Below are positions 36,284 through 43,848 of a stretch of 64,000 nucleotides of DNA, piece after piece. The DNA comes from an uncultured Syntrophaceae bacterium (GTDB lineage Bacteria > Desulfobacterota > Syntrophia > Syntrophales > UBA2210): contig CAZINZ010000001.1 in the NCBI GenBank assembly GCA_964540715.1, positions 21,806 to 85,805 of the forward strand. The letters run 5' to 3'. A program made the position numbers and the translations under genes. A model generated the notes under the pieces. It saw only the letters and a list, made by a program, of their open reading frames with translations, was not told the DNA's origin and did not search any database. Position 1 is the stretch's first letter, and each line of letters starts with the position of its first letter.

Positions 36284-36808
36284 CTACTTGCCCGTTGATT
36301 TGAATATTTTTCGTACCGATTCCATATCCTTTGTCCTGGGAGAAATGGGCTTGATCTTTCCCTTCATGAACATACTCAGTCCCAGGCCCATATCGGAGAA
36401 CAGATCACCTGACTTCAGCTTGTAATGGACAAGCATTGTGGGTTCGTTGATCCGCCCGCCCATCTTGATATTTGAGAGGAATGCCTCGTGAAACTTGACA
36501 ATATTTTTCTCCCCCACCGACACACCGGTTTCTATCGCCATCTCTCTGAGAGTATCCATCATCCGCGCGATATCGACCTCATTGGGGCATCTCGTTACGC
36601 ATGTCTCACAGGAAGCACACAGCCATATGGTGGAGCTGCCCAGAACCTTATCCCTCATTCCCATCTGTATCATCTTGATGACGGTGTTGGGATTGTAGTC
36701 CATGGCAAACGCAACCGGACATCCCGCCGTGCATTTCCTACAGTGGTAACAGCTCTGTATCGGGACTCCACCTATCCTGTTATTGACTTCTTCTAGAAAG
36801 CTACTCAT
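36284..36808 (-). CDS. hdrC: heterodisulfide reductase subunit C-like (2 x 4Fe-4S)
   Basis: 174 aa with CYHCRKCTAGCPV and CASCETCVTRCPNEVDI. Confidence 0.85.
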   Translation of the reverse strand: MSSFLEEVNNRIGGVPIQSCYHCRKCTAGCPVAFAMDYNPNTVIKMIQMGMRDKVLGSSTIWLCASCETCVTRCPNEVDIARMMDTLREMAIETGVSVGEKNIVKFHEAFLSNIKMGGRINEPTMLVHYKLKSGDLFSDMGLGLSMFMKGKIKPISPRTKDMESVRKIFKSTGK

Positions 36809-36895
36809 TTTTTCTCCATTATGGTTGGTGACAAAGTAAAAAGTTGAACTTTGGAATACAAGATGGCTAAGTAAAAAGCTTCATATACAAGGCGT

Positions 36896-36951
36896 AGTGT
36901 TTTTAAAGGGCGAGGGCATACATATGGTATGTCGAGGTCTTTAAAAACACT
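36896..36951. repeat. long hairpin/inverted repeat in a 177-nt AT-rich gap inside the hdr operon
   Basis: 13-bp perfect arms AGTGTTTTTAAAG / CTTTAAAAACACT enclose an inner CATAC-atatg-GTATG. The flanking GCGT/ACGC extend the stem. Confidence 0.7.
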
Positions 36952-36985
36952 GCAACGCAGTAGATGGAGAGTTTTTACGACGCCA

Positions 36986-37996
36986 TCATGGTTCAAAGAT
37001 AAATCCTTCCTCATCATTCTCTGAATACACGCTCAGGGAGGGGAGACTGTCCATTGACTCACCGGCCCTGTTCTCAAAGAGCTGAAGATCGTCTTTGTCC
37101 AGCTTCTTGAGAAACTTTCTCAAATCAACACCCATGGGGCATACCTCCAGGCATGATCCGCAATCGACACAGCGGCCCGCAGTGTGGAAGATCCTCATGA
37201 TCTGGAATACCTGCGTGTCCGTCTCATCTATACCGGCGCCCACCCACCTGGGCTGACTCTGCTCGACAAAGCATACCTTGCAGTAACAGGAAGGACACGC
37301 GTTGCGACAGGCGTAACATCGTATGCATTTGCCCATCTCCTTCGTAAAATAGGCCCATCGTTCTTCTATGGGGAGATCTTCAAACGCATCAACGCCTTCA
37401 TATTCTTTTCCTGCATCGGGCATCGGCGGGGCCGCCTCGCCTATCATCACGTCCGACATGAGGGGGTTATTAAATCGACAGGTCAGACAATTGTCGGCCA
37501 ACACCTCTTTCAGGGAGACGGTCTTCTCTTCGTCTTTGGTCTGTACGGACAGGCTATCTCCCAGGTCGGAGCAGGCTATGACCTCTTTGCCGCCTACGGC
37601 AGCCGACATCTTCTTGTTTGCAACAAATCCCGTACAGGGAACACCGATAATCACAACCTGCTCGCGGTCATACTGTTTTTCCTGAAGGTGAATTGTAAGA
37701 GACCGGGTAGTACACCCACGGGCGACAATGCCGACGGTCTTTTTCGTCCTTTCCTCCGGCTTGGTTCGCTGCTGAGATTCCCTGTGCCGGGAAATGATGT
37801 CATGGGCATATTTTGCCAGGTTGACGGAGCAGAACCGGTTCCAGACAAGCCGCTCTGCGTCATCGGGGGCCGTTATGAAACAGGGCGCCGTCTGGAACGG
37901 AAGCGTGCCTCTTTCATATCCTATAACGACATCCACTGTGCCTTCGGCAAGCAGTTTCTTTGCGTGTTCCTGCATTTGTTTTTCTATATTTTCCAC
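36986..37996 (-). CDS. iron-sulfur protein (C-terminal 2 x 4Fe-4S; N-terminal region of FrhB/FdhB-like or FlxC-like appearance)
   Basis: 336 aa with CIRCYACRNACPSCYCKVC and CVDCGSCLEVCPMGVDL. The N-terminal half has conserved Cys (ARGCTT, GVPCTG), but no family was assigned with confidence. Confidence 0.55.
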   Translation of the reverse strand: MENIEKQMQEHAKKLLAEGTVDVVIGYERGTLPFQTAPCFITAPDDAERLVWNRFCSVNLAKYAHDIISRHRESQQRTKPEERTKKTVGIVARGCTTRSLTIHLQEKQYDREQVVIIGVPCTGFVANKKMSAAVGGKEVIACSDLGDSLSVQTKDEEKTVSLKEVLADNCLTCRFNNPLMSDVMIGEAAPPMPDAGKEYEGVDAFEDLPIEERWAYFTKEMGKCIRCYACRNACPSCYCKVCFVEQSQPRWVGAGIDETDTQVFQIMRIFHTAGRCVDCGSCLEVCPMGVDLRKFLKKLDKDDLQLFENRAGESMDSLPSLSVYSENDEEGFIFEP

Positions 37997-38030
37997 AGTT
38001 GTTGATCCCTCGCTCCTGTTGTTTGACAGT

Positions 38031-38465
38031 TTAGAGTTTCTTCACCAGCTTTTGTGCCGGGCCCAGGGCCTTTACCTTTTTAGTGACTCCCTTCATAACC
38101 TCGGCAAATTTTTCACCTTCCGAGGCGGAAATCCACGTGAAAATCGTCCTGTCAGGCTCAATGCCCACATAGGCAAGAAAGTTCTTCAGCAAGGCAAATT
38201 TTCGTCTGGCCGACATATTGCCACTGATATAGTGACATTCACCTGGATGGCAGCCAGAGACAAGGACACCGTCCACGCCTTCTTGCAGGGCCTTCACAAT
38301 ATAAAACGGATTCACCCTTCCCGAGCAGGGTACCCTGACCAGCCGGACATTGGGAGGATACTGCAACCTGCTTATCCCGGCCAGATCTGCCCCCGCGTAG
38401 GTACACCAGTTGCACACAAAAGCGATTATCTTCGGCTCCCAGTTTTCGTTTGCTTTTTCAGTCAT
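38031..38465 (-). CDS. mvhD: MvhD/FlxD-like protein (methyl-viologen-reducing hydrogenase delta subunit family)
   Basis: 144 aa with IIAFVCNWCTYAGADLAG, VRVPCSGRV and VSGCHPGECHY. Confidence 0.85.
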   Translation of the reverse strand: MTEKANENWEPKIIAFVCNWCTYAGADLAGISRLQYPPNVRLVRVPCSGRVNPFYIVKALQEGVDGVLVSGCHPGECHYISGNMSARRKFALLKNFLAYVGIEPDRTIFTWISASEGEKFAEVMKGVTKKVKALGPAQKLVKKL

Positions 38466-38483
38466 ATGTTCCTATTCCACCTC

Positions 38484-41400
38484 TTACAGAGCGCTTATCT
38501 GCGCCAGGATTTCTTCGTTGTTATAGCCATTGAGATCAATCGCGTTCATCCTGCAGGACGCCGTGCACACCCCGCACCCCTTGCACAGGACGGAATTGAC
38601 CACGGCACATCCTTCAATCTTATCCACCTCCACGGCGCTGAAGGGGCAATTAGCCTCGCAAAGCCCACAGGCCATACACCGATCTTTGTTGACATACGCC
38701 GTCTTGCCTTCCGCCTCGATGAAGTCCTTGCTTAAGATTATAGATGCACGCGCGACAGCCGCATTGGCCTGTGTGATAGTCTCATCGCTCAATTTGGGTG
38801 AATGAGCCATTCCACACATGAAGACACCATCCGTGGCAAAATCGACAGGCCTCAGCTTCACGTGGGCCTCAGCGAAGAAACCATCCTGATTGACTGACAG
38901 TTTCAGCATATTGCTAATGGCATGATTATCAGGATTCCCAAGGACACCAACACTGAGTGCCAGCAGGTCCGCTTCAATCTCTACCCGTTCATTCAATATG
39001 GGATCGAAGACCTTCACAGAAACCCCTGAATCACTGGAGCTCACCTCAGGTTTCCTGTCTTCATCTTCATAGCAGATGAACTTGATATTGGCCTCCCGGG
39101 CCTTTTTGTAATAATCCTCCTTGAAGCCATAGGCCCTGATGTCTCTATAGAGTATGGTGATATCCCTATCCGGGTTGTCCTCTTTTAATTTGAGGGCATT
39201 TTTCAATGCTTCGGTGCAACAGTATCTACTGCAATACGGTCTCTCCGCAGTCCTCGAACCGACACACTGTATCATAACCACACTTTTGGCATCGGCAACC
39301 TTTGAATCTTTTTCGTAAATAAGCTCCTCCAACTCTCTCTGGGTAACAACATTTCCATCCTGGCCATAGAGATATTCATCTGTCCTGTTCTCTTGTGCAC
39401 CGGTTGCCACTATGACCACGCCATGTTCAAACTGGTGTTCTTTTCCTCCGGATTCAACGGTTGTCTTGTAATTTCCAATAAACCCTTCGATATCTTTTAT
39501 CTCCGCCCCTTTGAAAACATGGATTAAATCACTTTTGTCGACACGGGCCAGCAGACGGGCCAGATGCTCCCTTGTATCAAGACCCTCCAGCGTACAGTAA
39601 AGCTTCTCATAATTCCCGCCCAACTCATTTTCCTTCTCGATAACATAGGATTCAAAACCCTGATCGGCAAGACTGAGAGCGGCAGTTATACCGGCAAGCC
39701 CACCGCCTAAGACAAGTGTGGCCTTATTTACACTGAGCTGACCCGGCTTCAGGGGTTTGAGATACTGGGCCTTGGCTACGGCCATTCGCACCAGATCTTT
39801 CGCCTTTTCGGTCGCCGCCTCGGGTTCATTCATGTGAACCCATGAATCCTGGTCCCGGATATTGGCCATTTCGAACAGATAGCGATTGAGTCCCGCCTTT
39901 TCACAGTTTTCCTGAAAAAGCCCCTCATGTGTCCGGGGCGAGCATGATGCCACCACAACCCGCGTGAGGTTATGCTCCTTGATCATCTCTCCCATCTTTA
40001 CTGCGGTGTCCTGAGAACAGGTAAAGAGGTTGTCCTCGGCAAACACCACATTGGGGAGGGTCTTGACATACTCGACCACCTCGGGGACATTAACCACGCC
40101 TCCGATATTGATACCACAGTGACAGATAAAGGCGCCTATCCGGGGACCGATACCCCTCATATCCATCTCTTCGGGAAGTTGTTCCGCAATGGTCAGCGAC
40201 CCGCGTCGCGAGGCCAGGAGGCTCTCTGCATGTGCCGCTGCGCCGCTCGCCTCCATAACCGTCTCCGGAATATCCTTGGGACCCCCAAAGACACCACAGA
40301 CAAAAACACCTTCACGGGAAGTCTTTACAGGATCTTCCAGCAGCGTTTTACAGAAACCATGTTCCTCAAGTTCTACGCCCAGGCTCTCTGCCAGTTTTTC
40401 CGCATCTTTCGGCGGAGTCAACCCAACGGAAAGAATAACCATATCAAACTCCTCCTCGATCAGCGTTCCATCTTCCTGAACGTATCCAAGGAGCAGATTT
40501 TTGGTCTGCTGGAGTTCCTTGATAGACGATGGCATGGATCTGATATATCTGACACCGTATTCATCCTTCGCCCTGTTTACAAAACGGTCAAAATCTTTCC
40601 CGTAGGCACGCATATCCATATAGAATATCGTGGGTTCGAGTGTTTTGATATGTTCTTTCCCGATAATGGCCTGCTTGGTCGCGTACATACAGCAGACGGA
40701 TGAACACCAGCTGTTTCCGCAATTGACGTCCCTTGAACCCACACACTGTATCCAGGCAACCTTTTTAGGTTCCTGGCCATTGGAAAGTCTCTGTACATGA
40801 CCGAAGAAGGGACCCGAAGCTGAGAGGATCCGCTCAAACTGAATACTGCTTACGACATTGTCGTAAATACCGAATCCATACTCACCCCTTAAGTGAGCAT
40901 CGAAGAGTTCGGTTCCCGGGGCAGCGATAATCGCACCCACCTCGATCGTTTCTTCCTCCTGCCTCATCTCGTGGTCGATCGCGCCGGCCACACAGGCATC
41001 GACACACTGGTAACACTCGGAGCAGATACCGCAGCTCAGACATCTCTTTGCCTCCCTGAGAACATCCTCTTCACTGTACCCCTTGGCGACCTCTTCAAAA
41101 TTGGTCCTACGTATTGAGGGCTCGAGCTCCGGCATCAACGGACGATTCTCCTTTACCACGGAGCTGTTGTCCGCCTTGTCGGCTATATTCTGTGTCCAGT
41201 CTCTCTCGCGCCCCAGATTGATGTCCGCACCACGCAGATACCGATCGATGGACTTGGCAGCTTCTTTGCCTGCATTGATGGCCTCAACCACCGTCGCCGG
41301 TCCGGTCACATCGTCACCACCAGCAAAAACCCCTTCTACATTAGTAGCAAAGGTCACCGTATCCACATCGAAGGTGTTCCACTTATTGACGGCTATCCCA

Positions 41401-42926
41401 CTTTGTTCGGTAACAAATGAAAGATCGCTCGTCTGCCCTATCGCGGGGATGATCGCGTCGGCCTCAATGGTAAACTCCGAACCCTCGATCGGCACGGGGC
41501 GTCTCCGGCCGCTTTCATCCGGCTCGCCCAGTTCCATACGGATGCACTCGATACCGGTCACCTTCCCCCCGGTTCCAAGCACCTTCATCGGGGCGGTGAG
41601 GAATTCCATGTTGATTCCTTCCTGCAGGGCCTCTTCGATCTCCTCATCGGCAGCAGGCATCTCGGCGCGCGTTCTTCTGTACAGGACAAATGCCTCTCTG
41701 GAACCGGTCCTCAGCGCCGTTCTGACGGCATCCATTGCAACATTACCACCGCCGACCACCGCAACACGATCACCGAGAAATACCTTCTCGCCCAATGCGA
41801 CCCTTCTCAGGAAATCTATCCCGTGGACAACACCGTTCAGTTCATCCTCACCGGAAACACCCAGCTTGCTGCTGACATGAGATCCCACACCGATGAACGT
41901 GGCGTCAAAATCATTCCGGAGGGTGTCCATGGTAATATCCTGGCCCACCTTCGTATTGTATTTTATTTCGACACCAAGCTCCTCAATGGTCTTGATCTCG
42001 GCATTCAGGACATCCTTGGGGAGACGGTATTCAGGGATACCGACGGTAAGCATGCCGCCGGCAACAGGGAGCGCTTCGAATATAGTGACCTGGTAGCCTT
42101 CAATAGCGAGGTAATACGCGGCCGTCAGGCCGGCAGGCCCAGCGCCTATTATCGCAACTTTTTTATCTTTCTTTTCCTTTATCTCGGGAATATATTTTGT
42201 CTCATCGTTCAGATCGAGGTCGGCAACGAAGCGCTTCAGATACATGATGGATACGGGGTCATCAACCTCAGCCCTCTTACAGGCCGCCTCGCAGGGATGG
42301 TTACAAACCCTGCCGCACACGGAGGGGAGCGGATTTTCCTGTTTGATAAGTTTCAGGGCCTCCTTGTACTTTCCTGCGGCGATGAGCGCCACATAGCCCT
42401 GAACACTGATATGGGTGGGACAGGCCGCCTTGCAAGGGGCCGTCCCTGTCTTTTCGATCGCAAACGCGCTGGGTATAGCCTGGGGAAACTTTCGGTAGAT
42501 GGCTTTCCTGTCATCCAGGTCCTCGTTAAAGGTGTTTGACAGCGTCACCGGGCAGACGTCGGCGCAGTCGCCGCACCCGGTGCACTTGTCGACATCGACG
42601 AATCTCGGCGCCCTCGCAAGCTTTACCTTGAAGCGCCCCGGCTCTCCGTCAACCGTCTCCACCGTTCTTTTCGTCAGGATTTCTACGTTCGGATGTCTCC
42701 CCACCTCGACGAGCTTGGGGGAAAGTATGCATGCAGAACAATCATTGGTCGGAAAGGTCTTGTCCAGTTGAGCCATAACACCGCCGATGCTGATGTCATT
42801 TTCGACAAGGTATACCTTCATTCCGGAATTCGCAAGGTCCAGAGAAGACTGGATTCCTGCTATCCCCGACCCTACAACCATAACAGCGCCGATCTTTTCG
42901 CTATCTTTTACCACCGCTTTTTGCAC
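38484..42926 (-). CDS. HdrL-type giant flavoprotein: HdrA module with an inserted NfnB/GltD-like NAD(P)H module, a thioredoxin/MvhD-like domain, and a second HdrA module with terminal ferredoxin domains
   Basis: 1480 aa with VVGSGIAGIQSSLDLA and TNDCSAC. The NfnB-like block is aa ~160-566 (CGRVCNHPCEAAC, IIGAGPAGLTAA, GGGNVAMDAVRTA, IRMELGEPDESGRRRPVP). There are two HdrA Cys motifs (CVGSRDVNCGNSWCSSVCC and CVGSRTAERPYCSRYCC) and a C-terminal CMACGLCEANCP / CKGCGVCTASC. The ORF-track start is GTG 42926; an alternative GTG at 42914 follows GAGGTG. Confidence 0.8.
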   Translation of the reverse strand: MQKAVVKDSEKIGAVMVVGSGIAGIQSSLDLANSGMKVYLVENDISIGGVMAQLDKTFPTNDCSACILSPKLVEVGRHPNVEILTKRTVETVDGEPGRFKVKLARAPRFVDVDKCTGCGDCADVCPVTLSNTFNEDLDDRKAIYRKFPQAIPSAFAIEKTGTAPCKAACPTHISVQGYVALIAAGKYKEALKLIKQENPLPSVCGRVCNHPCEAACKRAEVDDPVSIMYLKRFVADLDLNDETKYIPEIKEKKDKKVAIIGAGPAGLTAAYYLAIEGYQVTIFEALPVAGGMLTVGIPEYRLPKDVLNAEIKTIEELGVEIKYNTKVGQDITMDTLRNDFDATFIGVGSHVSSKLGVSGEDELNGVVHGIDFLRRVALGEKVFLGDRVAVVGGGNVAMDAVRTALRTGSREAFVLYRRTRAEMPAADEEIEEALQEGINMEFLTAPMKVLGTGGKVTGIECIRMELGEPDESGRRRPVPIEGSEFTIEADAIIPAIGQTSDLSFVTEQSGIAVNKWNTFDVDTVTFATNVEGVFAGGDDVTGPATVVEAINAGKEAAKSIDRYLRGADINLGRERDWTQNIADKADNSSVVKENRPLMPELEPSIRRTNFEEVAKGYSEEDVLREAKRCLSCGICSECYQCVDACVAGAIDHEMRQEEETIEVGAIIAAPGTELFDAHLRGEYGFGIYDNVVSSIQFERILSASGPFFGHVQRLSNGQEPKKVAWIQCVGSRDVNCGNSWCSSVCCMYATKQAIIGKEHIKTLEPTIFYMDMRAYGKDFDRFVNRAKDEYGVRYIRSMPSSIKELQQTKNLLLGYVQEDGTLIEEEFDMVILSVGLTPPKDAEKLAESLGVELEEHGFCKTLLEDPVKTSREGVFVCGVFGGPKDIPETVMEASGAAAHAESLLASRRGSLTIAEQLPEEMDMRGIGPRIGAFICHCGINIGGVVNVPEVVEYVKTLPNVVFAEDNLFTCSQDTAVKMGEMIKEHNLTRVVVASCSPRTHEGLFQENCEKAGLNRYLFEMANIRDQDSWVHMNEPEAATEKAKDLVRMAVAKAQYLKPLKPGQLSVNKATLVLGGGLAGITAALSLADQGFESYVIEKENELGGNYEKLYCTLEGLDTREHLARLLARVDKSDLIHVFKGAEIKDIEGFIGNYKTTVESGGKEHQFEHGVVIVATGAQENRTDEYLYGQDGNVVTQRELEELIYEKDSKVADAKSVVMIQCVGSRTAERPYCSRYCCTEALKNALKLKEDNPDRDITILYRDIRAYGFKEDYYKKAREANIKFICYEDEDRKPEVSSSDSGVSVKVFDPILNERVEIEADLLALSVGVLGNPDNHAISNMLKLSVNQDGFFAEAHVKLRPVDFATDGVFMCGMAHSPKLSDETITQANAAVARASIILSKDFIEAEGKTAYVNKDRCMACGLCEANCPFSAVEVDKIEGCAVVNSVLCKGCGVCTASCRMNAIDLNGYNNEEILAQISAL

Positions 42927-42976
42927 CTCGGATTTGACGTAGGACCTGTTGTGGCAGGTTCCCCGGATTACAAATT

Positions 42977-42991
42977 ATGACCGCCGGTCAT
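42977..42991. promoter_or_regulatory. 15-bp palindrome upstream of hdrL (candidate operator)
   Basis: ATGACCG-C-CGGTCAT, ~50 nt upstream of the hdrL start codon. Confidence 0.3.
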
Positions 42992-43127
42992 TTAAATTCA
43001 ACCGCGGGATGGTTACCAAGATTTACATTCCATGTCAAGACATAATTGTCAATTCTACGGGATTTATTTGAAAGGCCCTTAATGACGCATAGTAATGAAG
43101 GCGGGGGCAGAAACAAAAAATGAGGGA

Positions 43128-43718
43128 TCAGGAGTCAGGAGAGCAGGCGCCTTCTATCACCCTCCAAAGCTCGTCTTTGCCGTAGCGAGTCTTGGCGGAA
43201 AATGAAACAAGCTCATCATAGGAAACTCCGAGATGTTCTCCTATCTTTCTTCTCGATATATTAACCTGGCCTCTGGAAAATTTATCCACCTTTGTCAGCA
43301 CAAACACTATTTTGATATTATTACTGCGGAGCCACTGAATAAGCTGGTCATCATTTCCCGAGGGTTCTCTCCTTATATCGAGTATCATGACCACGAGGCG
43401 CAGGTTCTCACGACCTTCAAGATACCCTTCCACCATCGCCTTCCATCCCCTCTTTACGGAGACGGGCACCTTCGCGTACCCGTAACCGGGGAGATCGACA
43501 AAAGAAAGGCTTTTATTTATCATGAAGAAATTTACAAGCTGGGTGCGTCCGGGGGTATTGCTTGTCTTTGCAAGCCTCTTCCTGTTCACAAGGGTATTAA
43601 TAAGGGAAGATTTCCCCACATTCGACCTGCCGACAAAGGCCACCTCCGGCAACGAATCATCCGGATAATAAAAGAGGTCGACAGCGCTCTTTATGAATTC
43701 TGCTGATGTAACTTTCAT
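43128..43718 (-). CDS. engB: ribosome biogenesis GTPase YihA/EngB
   Basis: EVAFVGRSNVGKSSLIN, DLPGYGYA, TKVDK. Confidence 0.9.
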   Translation of the reverse strand: MKVTSAEFIKSAVDLFYYPDDSLPEVAFVGRSNVGKSSLINTLVNRKRLAKTSNTPGRTQLVNFFMINKSLSFVDLPGYGYAKVPVSVKRGWKAMVEGYLEGRENLRLVVMILDIRREPSGNDDQLIQWLRSNNIKIVFVLTKVDKFSRGQVNISRRKIGEHLGVSYDELVSFSAKTRYGKDELWRVIEGACSPDS

Positions 43719-43848
43719 GGACCTTCTCCGATTTTGAGGGCATCATAACACAACACGAAAGTAAATCGCAAAACAGATCAACCGGGAATATCCGAAACGC
43801 CATGATTTACAGATTCTGCTTGCAAAGAACCTGCATTAAGAGCTACTA

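Noticed and set aside
36805-37017. 70-aa ORF that exactly fills the FeS-gene/hdrC gap and ends in an ATGA overlap with the hdrC start
   Set aside because: It overlaps the upstream gene by 32 nt and is AT-rich relative to neighbouring coding DNA. It runs straight through a 13-bp perfect inverted repeat and has no SD or recognisable protein features. hdrC has its own GGAGA SD. It is treated as non-coding, though ribosome profiling could overturn this.
38031-42926. Selenocysteine (in-frame TGA) in HdrA/MvhD-type genes, which is common in Desulfobacterales
   Set aside because: Both ORFs are uninterrupted and carry Cys at the relevant motif positions. No split ORF pair or SECIS-like context suggests recoding here.
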